From Sphaerodactylus townsendi (Eukaryota), in contig NC_059427.1 in assembly GCF_021028975.2 (NCBI RefSeq), forward strand, positions 84,568,001 through 84,632,000: 64,000 nucleotides of DNA. Reading direction: 5' to 3'. Every line of letters begins with the position of its first letter. The stretch's first letter is position 1. The position numbers were made by a program, and so were the translations under genes. This document shows, in pieces, positions 49,349 to 61,944 of this stretch. Under the pieces are notes generated by a model. It worked only from the letters and a program-made list of their open reading frames with translations, was not told the DNA's origin and ran no database searches.

Positions 49349-52300
49349 GTGAGGAGAGCTTAAAAGTTTACCTGATTATTAAAATTAGAGATCTGTATGG
49401 ATTTGTTTCGAATCTAAGGCAGTGCTTTATCATTGTATACTGCAAAATACATCTGAAATATGTTGTTCATTTTTTGGCAGTGTAAAGGCATGCTGTAAAC
49501 TAATGCCAAACTTGATACTCAACGTATGAAGCAACCTCATTCCAGGTATTGTCCATTCTGACTGGCAGTGATTCTCCAAGGTCTCAAGCAGAGGCATTTT
49601 TTCCATCTAGGCATGTCAGGGATTGAACTTGGGAATTGTGTTCTGTCATTGGCCCATGGCTGTTCTGCTAATGTGTGTTCTGTCATTGACCCATGGCTGT
49701 TCTGCTAATGTTATAGCTTTGCTAGAACATCGACACTTGGAAGTTTTGGAAACTACATGTTTTGTAACTTAATGCTTTCCTTTAAAATGAGTGGATTTTG
49801 TGGAAGTTATAGTGGCTGGGTTGTTGAAACTTTCTTCCCCTCTCATTACATTTCTCATAATGTCATCTGGGGATTTGGAATGAGGTGTCACCACTGTGAA
49901 TAATTTGCTTATCCTAAACCATGGTGTAAGTTGCACTTAAATTTTGGAGTCAATTACAGTAAGGTATGAAAGTAATTCATAGATACTTGATGTAAAGGGA
50001 ACACTCATTATTAGTTTCAGCTAATCTGTTGTAGGGATCTGTTCTAGCTCTGGAAACCCATAGCTTAATTAATTTTCTGTGTTTTATTGTTGCCTGTTGG
50101 GGTTACAGTGCTCTCTGAGAAAGTTACTGATTTATAATGTTCTCATGTGACCCAGCTGGATTGGTTTTTTCTTGTTGGAATTGTACAGTGAGTGCACCTT
50201 AGGGCATGTTTCACTTTTACTACTGTTCTCTTGGGATGTAGCAAGTTAAGGCAGCGGTCAAACACATTTGGTCCTTCTGAACACAGAATTGTAACTATAC
50301 TTGTCACGTTTCTATGGATCATTTCCAGCAGAATGAAAAATAGTAGTTTTTTATGGTGGAAAAAGCAAAATTAATACTGGCCAACCATTAAATTGAGAAC
50401 AGTGGATAATTAGAGGACCATGAACTTTTCCCCCCCCTGTCAGGGTCTTTTTTACTTTAATAAGAATGTGAAAGGAGCCCTCTAACTGATAAGCACATGT
50501 GAGTGCCTCAGGTCATATTTCTATGGGCCTTTGCTTGGTACATTAGGGTGATGGCAGCTTTACACTATTAGCATGTCACATGCTGATATGACTTTTATTC
50601 TTCAGATATGTAACCAGTTTGCTGGCTTTAACAGAATACAATTTTTTGTGGGTTTTGTGAGGATGGGGTGTGAGAAAGACATCCCCTTCAACCTTCTAAA
50701 TCACCAAGAGAAACCACTCACTCCTGCTTCAGGGTCTAAGGCACTTCAGAAATAAGACAGCGTTTGTTTGAAAGTGCTTTCCCTCAGCCCTCTTATCACA
50801 CACCAGAAGAAGGAGATTCGCTGATTTTTATTTTTCTTTTCTACAGGCACTCCCTTCACAAAGGCACACTACATTAGTTACTTAAACTTAACAGTAACAC
50901 AGGTTTATTTAACAGGTAGAGGAGATGGTAATGGTAGGAATATTAACTTGGAGATGGACTTGAATGAGACAAATAAGGCAAGAGGAATATATTTATACTA
51001 TTCACAAGAAAGTTTGGCACAGAGAGTTAATAGTTTTTGGTTTCTTCAGCACAGATTTAAGATTACTTAGTTCAGTTTAACTTAGACGTTTCAAAGATGT
51101 TTCACAGTTTGTACAGTTCCTTTGCCTGGATATTCTGGCTTATGGTACCCACATAGAGGGTCCTAACATAGCTAGGTACATTCACTCAGTACACTCACAC
51201 AGCCCTCCCAGTTAGGTAAAACCTGAAAACAAAACACAAACTCTCTACTGAGGTAAACCAAAGCAAATTCTAATACTTCAGACCCATTGGCACACTGGAA
51301 CACTTCTCTCCCTAGGAGATATTGCTAAATTAGTTTATAAAGTCTCTTCAGCTGGCCTATTATTAAACATTTCCCACCAGTACACTCTGTCTGTGTATTT
51401 GATTGCTTTCACCCAGCACACTGGTTGATAACAATAGTTTGTCACACTCTTTGACAGAACTATCTCCTTAGAGATGATTAATTTTCACTCAGTTAAGACA
51501 GGTCTTAACAGCATGAAGGATTCAGACCAAAAACCTCTCAGCTTGTTGTAACAAGGAGTTTAACATCCTCCCTTTCTCTGCATCATACAATTACTTGCTC
51601 AGTCAGAGAGTAGGAGGCCACAGCCAATCAAGTGGCTCCTCCTGTTTCCAGGCCTCTATGCCTCTCTCTGAATGAATACAACAATGGCTGCAGACAGAAC
51701 AGCAGTTTTTTTAAAAAAATTATACTTCTACCGCTGTCTGTCATAAGGTGCAGTATGGCTACCTCTTTCCTGTTAATGTATCAGTGGAACTTATTAAGAA
51801 GAATGTTTCTGACATGGCTCACTGTTATGACTATTCTGAGTTCATGTCACAGAGGGCTACAGTGATTCAATTATAGCACATGAGCATTGTTGTATAACAG
51901 TTGAGTGAGATGGGTTAGTATGCAGTGGCTGCTTAGCAGATATACAACAATTATTTAATTTGAAATGTACGTTCTGGACGGAAGTGTGCATGTGGAGCAA
52001 CAGCTGTCTCCATCTGTCACATTTTATACTGCCCTTACTCCAAGGAGCTTAAGATGACTCACATAATTCATCCAGCTTTTATTTTATTCTCTCAGTAACC
52101 CTCTGAGTTAGGCTGGGTTGAGAGAAAGTGACCAGCCCAAGTCCATCCAGTCAGCTTAATGTGGCTTGAATCTTCCTAGTTCGACACTCTAACCATTACA
52201 TCACATTAGTTCTCTAGTGTAAGGGTTGTATATTATATTGGGGAAAGCTGTAACTGGGATGATGGACTAAATGTAGTGAAGTCAAAACACTGAGGAATTA

Positions 52301-52684
52301 TGCATGTTAGTTTATTGAGTACAGGAAAAGATCAAAATGGGCAAATAGAGATAGTATTCTATTGTATTCCTTGTTTGGGAACACCAGCTGTTGCCTGCTT
52401 TCTAGGGAAATCTTAGTATTTGGGTGAATTTGCTTTGATGTGCATAACCAGTACTGTTCTGCTTCTGAAAGGTTTTTTTTGCCCTTAATGGAAAAGTGGA
52501 GGAGAAATCTCCAAGGACAACTGCATACTAACTGTCCAAGGATCCTTCAGTACCGATAACACCTTTGTCTGTTTCATAGTCTTTCGTTAAAGAATGCTGC
52601 ATCAAGTTGCAAGAGGTTCTTTTTTGGGGAATACAGTCTAGCCCTTCAACTAGTGACTCTTGCTTTCCTTTCTCTGCTGTTCAG

Positions 52685-52847
52685 GTGTTGTTGCCAGCAG
52701 CCAGCCTATTGCAGTTAATGGATGTCCGACAAAACTGTTGCGATTTTCTTCAGTCTCAGCTACATCCCACAAATTGCCTTGGAATCCGCGCCTTTGCAGA
52801 TGTACATACATGCACCGAACTACTGCAACAGGCCAATGCCTATGCAG
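52685..52847 (+). CDS. KLHL3: KLHL3 coding exon 5 (BTB end / BACK start)
   Basis: CAG| [54 protein letters not shown](E) |GTGATC, 163 nt. Confidence 0.98.
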
Positions 52848-53419
52848 GTGATCACAGCAGTTTCATGCTTCAGCATAAGCAAGCAATGAGGGAGGAGGGA
52901 AAACTAAATAACTTGATGAAGTTGCTGATTATTAAAAGAACAGAAGCTTTAAAAATGTGATGTTTTAATATTAATTGCTTGTTTTAACTGTAGCAAGACA
53001 CAAGTAAAAATACTTTTGTGTGTTTTGATGGAACAATCATCAATATGTGTCATTCTCAATATGGCCCATCTGTGGATCCCTAAATTTGGAGGCTGGAGCC
53101 ATGAATAGACAAAGATGTTCTACAAACTTGAAAAAAAGCTCGAGGCTTGCAGAAAAATCTGAAACCTAAAAAAAGGATGTTAACACCTCCCCCACCTCCA
53201 GTATTGGAAACAGCACATGTAGTTTTAAGAAACAAATGTCCTCAGTGAACATTGCTAGGAAACCACAACAGTAGTACCATCCTCTAAGGCTTAGTTTCAA
53301 TTTGTGAAGGGCAGGGGCTCTTTCCAAGGCTGCTTTGGCAGCAACCACTGGACAACTTGCTACCACACATCTTGCAGGAGTGGCTGTTTGCTGCTATTCT
53401 ACAACAGCCACTGTACCAA

Positions 53420-53650
53420 AGCCAGCGGGGCTTAGCAGTTAAGAGTGCAAAACTAGGATCTGGGTCTTCTAGGTTTGAATCTCCATTCTGCCATGGGAAC
53501 TCACTGGATGACTTTGGGCCAGGCACACACAGACTCTGAATAACCTACCTCACAGGGTTGTTGTAAGGGTAAAATGGAAGAGAAGAGAATGTTGTAAGTT
53601 GCTTTGGGTTGCCATTATAGAAAAAGGCAGAGCATAAATGAAGTATATAG
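53420..53650 (+). mobile_element. Older Squam3-related SINE
   Basis: GCCAGCGGGGCTTAGCAGTTAAGAGTG...AGGTTTGAATCTCCATTCTGCCATGG...CCTACCTCACAGGGTTGTTGTAAGGGTAAAATGG. Confidence 0.75.
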
Positions 53651-53888
53651 TAAATATAGCTGAACATGGGAGCAGATAAAAGATAACGTGATTAATTGAT
53701 TGGTGGGAAGGACAGAAGGTGGTGGATATGGTGGCTGGGGAACAGTGGGAGGGAAAAAGGAAAGTGCAGGGAGAGGAATGCAGGGGAAGTGAGGCACTTC
53801 ACCCCACAAGTCCTTTCAGATTCCTATACCTCCCAACTGGGCCTAGCCTGGAAGCTAGCACCAGACAGCTAGGTCAGAGTTTTTCCAG

Positions 53889-54128
53889 GGAGGAGGAGAA
53901 GAGTTGGTTTTTTACCCTGCTTTTCTCTACCTTTACGGTATCTCAAAGTGGCCTACAATTGCCCTTCTCTTCTCCTCCCCGCAACAGACACCTTGAGAGT
54001 TGGGTGGGACTGATGGAGTTCTGAAAGAACTGAGACTAGCTCAAGGTCACCCATCAGGCTTTATGTGGAGGAGTGAAAAAACAAACCCATTTCTCCAGAT
54101 TAGAGTACACAGCTCTTAACCACTGGCC
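53889..54128 (-). mobile_element. Squam3-like SINE
   Basis: GAGGAGGAGAAGAGTTGGTTTTTACCCTGCTTTTCTCTACC...TCTCCAGATTAGAGTACACAGCTCTTAACCACT. Confidence 0.85.
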
Positions 54129-54706
54129 ATGCTAGCTTTCATGCCAAGGGGAGGGAAAGAGAGAAAGCTGAAGATTGGGGGGAGAGATAAAGATAGCTTG
54201 GCTGTTAGGTTGGAAGGAGAGAAAGAAGCAGGAGAGAGGAGATACTATATGAGTTTTCAGGGAACAGAAAGACTTAATAGTGGGGGAGAGGAAAAATGCT
54301 ATGCTTCCCAGAAGTCCCCCTGCTTGTATGTTCTAATAGCCAAGTTGGGCGTATTTGAGAATACAAATCCACTGACTGTAGCTATGAATGGACAAGATTG
54401 GTGTTTCTGCAAACCTGAACTATGCCCAGGTTTCAGAAATATCTGAAATCTAGGGAACAAGAAACATTGTGAGGGTTTAAAAAAACTTCAATGTGATAAA
54501 AAGGAGTTCTTGTAGCTTTAAGAAATGGAAGCCCTCTGTAACTATTGCTAGGCAGCCACAGCATTCTAGGCTTAGATTTCTGTCAGTGGCAGGCAGGAGT
54601 AACAGGGTCTGTTTTGGCCTTTGTGGGAGGACTTACCAGGGTTGGGCCTGGCAGCAACTACTGGGTGACATGATATCACCCAGCTTACTCGATTCACCTA
54701 TGCCTA

Positions 54707-55529
54707 TGTGGCGTTCCCCCTCCTGCGATTGTGGCTGACAAGCCGTCCCACCATCCCTTTCCGAGGTGCTGGTCTCCTCGTCAGTAGCCCCGGTCTTTGG
54801 GGCACTCAACACAGTCAGCTGCCTAAACCACAGGGTGCCCTCAGAGGGAGGAGGGGAAGAAGCCCCTCCCTTTCTGCTGGACTCTCCCTACTTGCCCCTG
54901 GGGTCTGCAGCCCCTCCTATAGGGGGTCTGCTGTCCCTTCCCCGGTCAGCCTCTCTCCCTCCCCTCGTCTCCTTTCGTTTCCCTACGTTTCCTCTGCTCT
55001 CTCTCCTCTCTCCTCTGCTTCTCCGCTCTCTCTCCCCCCTCTCTCTTCCGCTTCTCCGCTCTCTCTCTCCTCTCTCTTCTGCTTCTCCGCGCTCTCTCTC
55101 TCTTCTCTCTTCTGCTACTCTGTCGAGCCACCCCCTTGCTATCCTCCGTGCTCCTCTTTCCCGACTCCACCACCCTTCTCCCACGGCTCTTTCCCCATCT
55201 TGTTTGGGCGCCCGCAAAACCCTCCCAAGCCCCGTTGCGGCCAGCCTCTCTCTCCCGTCCGTCCTCCCCTTATATAGGCTCGCCGGGTTCTCTGGGGCGT
55301 TCCCGGCCTTGCCGGCATCCTGTCCACGCCCCGCTGATGGCGTGATGAGCCGCAGCTGCTGGTCAAGCTGCAGCTGCGCCTCTTTGCTGCCGTCATCTGG
55401 CCGTTCCGGCCCCCCGCTAGCGCCTCTGCTGCGGGGACGGTCGTTGCCGGGTCCTGCCGCCGTCGCGCTGTTGGCCCCGCCCCCCGACCGTCCAAGTCCG
55501 GGGCGAGCTGGTGCGGCGACCCCCGGACA
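54707..55529 (-). mobile_element. Solo LTR (823 bp) with 5-bp TSD
   Basis: TGT...ACA termini, TSD GCCTA at 54702-54706 and 55530-55534, CpG-rich, minus-strand TATATAA at 55270-55276, CT-rich low-complexity interior. Confidence 0.8.
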
Positions 55530-55551
55530 GCCTAGCTGCATACTGTTGTTC

Positions 55552-56186
55552 AGGAGCAGCAGTGGCGTAGTGATTAAGAACAGGTGTACCCTGATCTGGA
55601 GGAACCGGGTTTGATTCCCTGCTCTGCTGTCTGAACTGTGGAGGCTTATCTGGGGAATTCAGATTAGCCTGTGCACTCCAACACATGCCAGCTGGGTGAC
55701 CTTGGGCTAGTCACAGTTCTTCTGAGCTCTCTCAGCCCCACCTTCCTCACAGGGTGTTTGTTGTGAGGGGCAGAGGCAGAACTACCAGTGGGTGGGGGTG
55801 TGCGCTTTGCACTGGGCGTGCGCCTGGGAGCCCCCAGTGGAAAATCACCCGCCACGGTGCCCCCTCCCGCCCCTTCACGCTTACCTTAGTGAAACAGTGC
55901 AGGCTGGATAAGTAGCCTGTTCCCTTCAGGTTGAAAAAGGCCTGGTGGGAACTACACTTCCCAGAAGACCTTGCGATCCCCAGGGTCTCATGAGAAGTGT
56001 AGTTCCCATTAGGCCGTTTTCAGCCTGAAGGGAACAGGCCACTTTTGCAGGCTGAACTAACGTAAGGGAGGGGGGGAGAGCGCCATGGCGGGGGGGAAAC
56101 ACAGAGTGTGCATGGGGTGCACTCTGTCCCAGCTACGCCTCTGGTGAGGGGGAAAGGGAAAGGAGTTTGTAAGCCCCTTTGAGTCT
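55552..56186 (+). mobile_element. Squam3-like SINE interrupted by a MITE
   Basis: GGAGCAGCAGTGGCGTAGTGATTAAGAAC...GGAACCGGGTTTGATTCCC...GTTGTGAGGGG[insert]GTGAGGGGGAAAGGGAAAGGAGTTTGTAAGCCCC. Confidence 0.88.
55771..56143. mobile_element. hAT (Tip100-like) MITE with internal palindrome
   Basis: Termini CAGAGGCAGAACT / AGCTACGCCTCTG, perfect TSD GTGAGGGG (55763-55770, 56144-56151). Internal inverted repeat GCCTGTTCCCTTCAGG..GGGAACTACACTTC / GAAGTGTAGTTCCC..CCTGAAGGGAACAGGC. Confidence 0.88.
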
Positions 56187-57444
56187 AGGAGACCTTGTTC
56201 AAAGCAGTCTGCCATGGAAGCTCACTAGGTGATACTGTGCCAGTCTCATACTTTTATTCTAGCCTTACCTCACAGGGTTGTTGTGAGGATAAAAAGTAGG
56301 AGAGGAAAATGATGTAAGTAGATGGGGGAACCACTGGAGAAAGATGAGGTATAAATGAAGTAAATAAATAATAAACATAGCTGAAGATGGGAGGCAGATA
56401 AAAGATGGTTAGTTAATGGCTGAGAAGGTGAGAATGAGGCAGAGAAGGGGAGAGGATATCGGGGGTGCTGGGCTAAGGGAAAGAGTAAATAATGTGTGTG
56501 TGTGTGTGGGGGGGGGGAACATGGGAAAGTGATGTGTCCCCACAAATCCTTGAGGGTTCCCTACCATGCAGGTAGCCCTGGTCCAGAGGCTGGCACCACA
56601 CAACTATGTTATAGTTTTCCCAGGTACAGATTGCTGGGGTGAGGAAGGAAAAAATAAAAATAGAGGGACTGAAAAAAGGTAGGTTGGTTGTTTAGTGGAA
56701 ACAAGAGCACGGAAGTGGACAGGCCATAGGAACTTTCAGAGAGAAAATGAGATGCTCCCTGCAGATTCTTGCAGGTACCCACTTGTAATGATCTTACTGC
56801 ACATTATTAATTATTATTCTGATTATTCTAAAGATTTATTTCAAATGTGATCATGCTGGCTTAGAGGACACCATTTATTGTATGCACTTGTGTTCACATG
56901 ATAAAGCAAACCCACCAGGCAAGCAGAAAATTGCTTTCTTTCTGACTCCTCAGATCCATGCTTAGTCCAACCTTTTCAATGCTCTCAAAGTGAGATTTAA
57001 AACACAGTAAATGAATTGTACTAGCTGGTATTAAAGGCTGGGTGTGTCTCAAATGATTTTCAAATCTTGATAAAACCTTTTTATGTACTCGTTTGGCGTT
57101 TGCCCAGCAAAAGAAAAGCTGGTTCGGGACAAATGGCTGGTGCTTAAAAGATTTTTCTTTTCTTTTGTTAGGACTGTTCAATCTTTAACTTGACAACTCT
57201 TGCATTTAATTTGTATTTGGCTTTTGGGTAATTACAAGACCTGCATTTGTTGTTTTATTGGCTTTTGTGGGGCCCTTTTAGTACAACATCCTATGTGATG
57301 TTAATGAAATGCCGTTCAAAAATGCTATCGAAATTCTTTGGCTGTACATTAACTATGTTGAGTCAAACATCTGCCTGTTAAAGTGAGAGTAAAAGGGGAA
57401 ACAAGGAGTGCATGAGGTCACCTAAAACAAAATATCCTCTAGAT

Positions 57445-57545
57445 CAGCGGTGGTGAACCTTTGGCACTCCAGAGGTTATGGACTACAATTCCCATCAGCC
57501 CCTGCCAGCATGGCCAATTGGAATGCCAAAGTTTTGCCACCACGG
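57445..57545. mobile_element. Internally deleted palindromic hAT-type MITE
   Basis: Same family as 42713-42849, with a perfect TSD CTCTAGAT (57437-57444, 57546-57553). Confidence 0.88.
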
Positions 57546-58524
57546 CTCTAGATGGAGCCTTGAAGCAAATGGTTTGAGTTTGTTAGCAGCAGGAAAGAAA
57601 TGTATGTTTTATTCTGCTGGTTTATAACTGTAATAAAGAATTGGTTGATGGATATTATAGAGCAATGGATAGGTAAATTTCTGTGTTAAATTATGAATGT
57701 TTAATGAGAAATGCAGTATTCTCACACATGTTTGTTTATACAGAATGATCTGTATGCCACAGATTTTGGAAACGTGCTCATTTTTGAGTGCCATCTGCTG
57801 GCCGACACAGATATAAGATCTACAGTAATAGAAATATCAGCATTTTTAAAAGAAACAATATGAGAATAGCAGCAAAAATTGCAGACTTGGGGGGAAAGGT
57901 AGCACCATAATATTTCTGTTCTCTCTCTCATACCTCATTTCTTATCTTGTTCTTCCATCAGTTGAGCTTAGTCTGAGGGAGAGGGAGAGTGACTTGCTGG
58001 CCAGAGTCACCCCTTGAGCCCAATGTCTGAGAGAGGATTTCAATCCATGTCTCCACAGTACTAGACCATCACCAACCATTACACTGGACTGGCGGCGGCT
58101 GCTGCTGCTGTTGTTGTTTGTTAAATTTAATAAACTGCCCACCCCCAGAGGGCTCTGGGCAATGTACAACAAACAGTTGGGTAGAGGAGAAGCACAGTCT
58201 AGCAACTGGCAGATGAAAAAGAGTTTTCTATGTGTGGATTTCTAAACTACTAGATTTTGGAGGGGAGCTGGGAAGAAGGCAGCCCCACATCTAGGAGACC
58301 TTATTGGTTTTCTAAAATCTGGAGATACTGAAGATGTGCTTGGGAAACCCTACTTCTCTAGCTAATTCAGGGCATACTTGTGCTCCTGCCAGACAGATTA
58401 TTCTTCTGTTATTGTGCTCTCATAGCACAACCATTAAGGTTGACTGTTGCTAATTTTTTGTTGATTTTAATTCATGAATTTCATTATAATCTCTCTTTTC
58501 TTAAACTCTGATTGTTTTGAACAG

Positions 58525-58634
58525 AGCAGCACTTTCCTGAGGTGATGCTTGGTGAAGAATTTCTCAGCCTTAGTTTGGACCAAGTTTGCAGTTTAATATC
58601 TAGTGACAAGCTCACAGTTTCGTCAGAGGAAAAG
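58525..58634 (+). CDS. KLHL3: KLHL3 coding exon 6 (BACK domain)
   Basis: CAG| (E)QHFPEVMLGEEFLSLSLDQVCSLISSDKLTVSSEEK |GTATGT, 110 nt. Confidence 0.98.
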
Positions 58635-61039
58635 GTATGTTTTGCTGACCAATCTATAATCTGGAAGCCATGGTTTTGAGATTTATTCACAGGTGCAGGT
58701 GTGTGTTGTGCGTGATGTCAAGTCTAGCAGCACAGGCCCTGGAAGTCAAATCAGATGCTGACCCTCTAATGGAGATGGTACCCAGCTAGAGTCACGAGGA
58801 ACCTGTCGTTTTTGTGTAGGTGTTCAAGGTTCAACTGCAGGCTCCTACTTTTATGAAAGGACAACCTGTAGAAATTTACAAAAAGCAATATTTTCAGAAA
58901 TTAGTAGAAATTTAACATTAGGAGACTTGTCTGCTGGCACAATTATGGCTCAAGAGGCTCAAAAATTCTATGTTGAGCCATTCAAGACTTTTAAAGCCAA
59001 GTAAAATAATTTTTGCATGTATGATTACTCAAAGCGACCAATCCTGATTACTCCTATTTGGAACTTCATACCATGTGTGTCTGCTGCTCAGAAAATGCTT
59101 CCATAAGAAAACTCGTTTCAGAGCATCTCTTCACAGAATAATTTACATGTGCCTTTTATGGGATGCGCTTGTTCTCAGAAACCATGATAGATCATCTGCT
59201 CTGCACATCCATCCAAACTTGCCGTGCTGAGTGCACCTCAAAAACTTACTTCCATTCCCAAACTACTACAAAATTGTTTTAAAATATTTGATGACAAAAC
59301 TTAATTTTTTAAAAAATGCCCCTTAGCCTTTATAATTATAGAGAAAATACCCATCTAAGTTTATGAAAGTTCGTGGGTTTAGCATTGTGTAACTCTGCTT
59401 AGGGTGGTGTTGTGGGACATTTCAGATAGGTCCTGGATAGGAAGAAGAGGAAATCAAAGACATTAGGCAAAAGCTTATTTACTTTAGTTATACTCTATTT
59501 TTTGTCAGTGGCCATCTAACGTTGCTTATGACGTTCTCTTCTTCATTTCAGAGCTTTCATTTCAAGGGTTTATTTGTGCACAGAGATTAAAAGACAATAC
59601 CATAATATTGTCATTGTCAACTGACTTTGCAGCTATTATTTCTTAGAAATACAGTATGCCCACTCCTGTGTCATCCAAGAGTATAATTGGAATTTCTGGA
59701 AAAAATATGTAAAAAATATATGAGATGAATGAAATATGCGGTTTTCAAATAGGTGTTAACTAGTGTGCTAGAAAGACTTAATGCAGATTCAAGAATGCCC
59801 CACCTAAAACATCTAAGTAACGTGTATAATTGGACAAAGATCACCCCTTAACCAACCACTAATTAAGCTGGAGATATGAGAAGGCATCAAGTGCATGATT
59901 TAACCCACAGTTAAATGAGCAATTAATTAACTTCTTGCAGAAAATGCTACAAGATTAGAATGTAGTTGATGCCACTTTGGATTAAAGGCCCCTTCATGAA
60001 TTTACTCTGGTCAAATGATATGGTTTTTCAAGTGATTACGTGAACAAGTGTGATTGTTGTTTAAGTCCCAGTGGACTCCTTTATCCCATTGTTCTCTCAT
60101 TAAATCAAACACCCCTTCTCTTGAAAACGTCACAAGTAAACCCTGCATGATGTATTTTCAGTTTGGAGCACAATATGTAGCATTCCTTGTCAAAAGACAT
60201 TTAAAATAGTCAGCTAAGGGGCAATATTTCGGACTGATGTTGCTTGTGGTGCTAACTACCAGGTGCTAACTATCTGTGTGTCTGGGACTTCACTGGGTCT
60301 AGATTGTATTTGTGGCCTTCAGCACAAAGTTTTATGATTCCTTCAATGTACAGAAAATCTCTATTTTAAAATAGTATGAGTTGGCTTTCAGAATGCCAGT
60401 GGCTCATTCCATTTGCAGAGCTGCAATCCGGGCCTCTTGCCTAGAGAGCGCATAAAGGCCTGCCTGGGACTGGGAAGGTAATGGCTGCCATCACCTTAAC
60501 CTGCTGCTTGCAAGCTTTTATTAAATGGTTGTTTGCATAGTTATTTTTGCTCACATAATATTTTCCTCCTCATTTTTGAGTTTTAGAATAGGGATGGGAG
60601 CGATGAATTTTTGATGCATTTGGATTGTGGGTGATTATATTCTTATTTGTAATTATTTATCTTATTATCTTATTTGTAATTATCTAGATCTCTGTGAGGG
60701 TTACTATCCTAAATAAATAAAACAATGAGTTAGTTATCAAAGCTGTGGAGAAAAATGAATGTAACTAATTAGAAGTGGGATGGGGGGATAGGCAGGAAAT
60801 TCCCCAGGTGTGTTTTTAAAGTTTGTGTGAAATTTGAAGCTATAAAAATGCTGATTGAAGTAATATATATTTGTGTCCAAGTGAACATTGAACAAAAATA
60901 TACTACACTGATTCCTTTTAAGCCACCTCTGAAACTTCTTTGTGTTACTTTCTGCATACCTATGGCCTGGCTTTCTAAACTCCTGTTTACTATGTTGGGT
61001 TTATGTCGCTTCACCTAGTTTTATTCTTACTCTGTTCAG

Positions 61040-61156
61040 GTATTTGAATCTGTCATTTCTTGGATAAATTATGAAAAAGAGTCCCGCTTGGAACATATGG
61101 CAAAGCTGATGGAGCACGTTCGTCTCCCCCTCTTGCCCAGAGATTACCTTGTACAG
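61040..61156 (+). CDS. KLHL3: KLHL3 coding exon 7 (BACK domain)
   Basis: CAG| VFESVISWINYEKESRLEHMAKLMEHVRLPLLPRDYLVQ |GTTAGT, 117 nt. Confidence 0.98.
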
Positions 61157-61477
61157 GTTAGTGAGCTTCAAAATCTTGTAGGATTGAAATGTATACATTA
61201 TATGCTTGGGTTGCTTGTGTTCTTTTCATTGTGACTTGCTATTTGTTGACAACCATGCATGGGCTTTAGACAAGAGAACAGTGGATAACTCTAGTCTCTA
61301 AACATGCTGTTGTACTAGGGATACACATTTAGAGCCCTTTAAACTTGAAAGCACAGCTAAACAGAACTAGGGTTGAACTTGTACACAGCAATGTATTGTC
61401 GAAGGCTTTCACGGCCGGATTAAACTGGTTGTGGTGGGTTTTCCGGGCTGTGTGGCCGTGGTCTGGTAGATCTTGTT

Positions 61478-61518
61478 CCTAACGTTTCACCTGCATCTGT
61501 GGCTGGCATCTTCAGAGG
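61478..61518 (-). ncRNA. Minimal type I hammerhead ribozyme motif (Penelope-associated)
   Basis: Minus strand: CCT-CTGAAGA-T-GCCAGC-CACAGAT-GCAGGT-GAAA-CGTT-AGG. CUGANGA and GAAA boxes are intact, and helix III is the palindrome AACGTT. Confidence 0.7.
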
Positions 61519-61903
61519 TATATCACAGTCTATTACACACTGTGTCCAGTGAGAAGGGAATGTTTAGTGGGGATATATTGTCCATGTCTCAGGGTGGGGA
61601 ACCAATCAGTAAGTGTTTGGGTGGAACTTGGTATGCAAAGGTGTGGTTGACTGCATTGTATTGTGGGTGGGGTTTTTCAGTCCATGGAGTGATTCACATT
61701 TGCATTCCCTGCAGCAGCAACAGTCTTAGTGAATGCAAACCCTGTGTCTGGGTGGAGTCCATTGTCCATGAACCTAGCATGCCCTTGGCCTTTGATTCTG
61801 GTGTTTTTAATTACTGGTAGCCTAGGACATGGACAATATATACTCCACTAAATATTCCCTTCTCACTGGATACAGTGTGTAACAGACTTCTCTCTGTGGT
61901 ACA

Positions 61904-61944
61904 CCTCTGAAGATGCCAGCCACAGATGCAGGCGAAATGTTAGG
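61904..61944 (+). ncRNA. Minimal type I hammerhead ribozyme motif (Penelope-associated), sense to KLHL3
   Basis: CCT-CTGAAGA-T-GCCAGC-CACAGAT-GCAGGC-GAAA-TGTT-AGG. The core boxes are intact, with a C>T change in the helix III palindrome. Confidence 0.65.

Noticed and set aside
50669-51745. Second candidate solo LTR (starts TGTGAG, minus-strand AATAAA near 50904)
   Set aside because: The composition is LTR-like, but I could not find matching TG...CA ends with a TSD, so it is not listed as a feature.
54708-55614. Long ORFs of 189, 282, 217 and 118 aa
   Set aside because: Low-complexity translations of the CT/GC-rich solo LTR.
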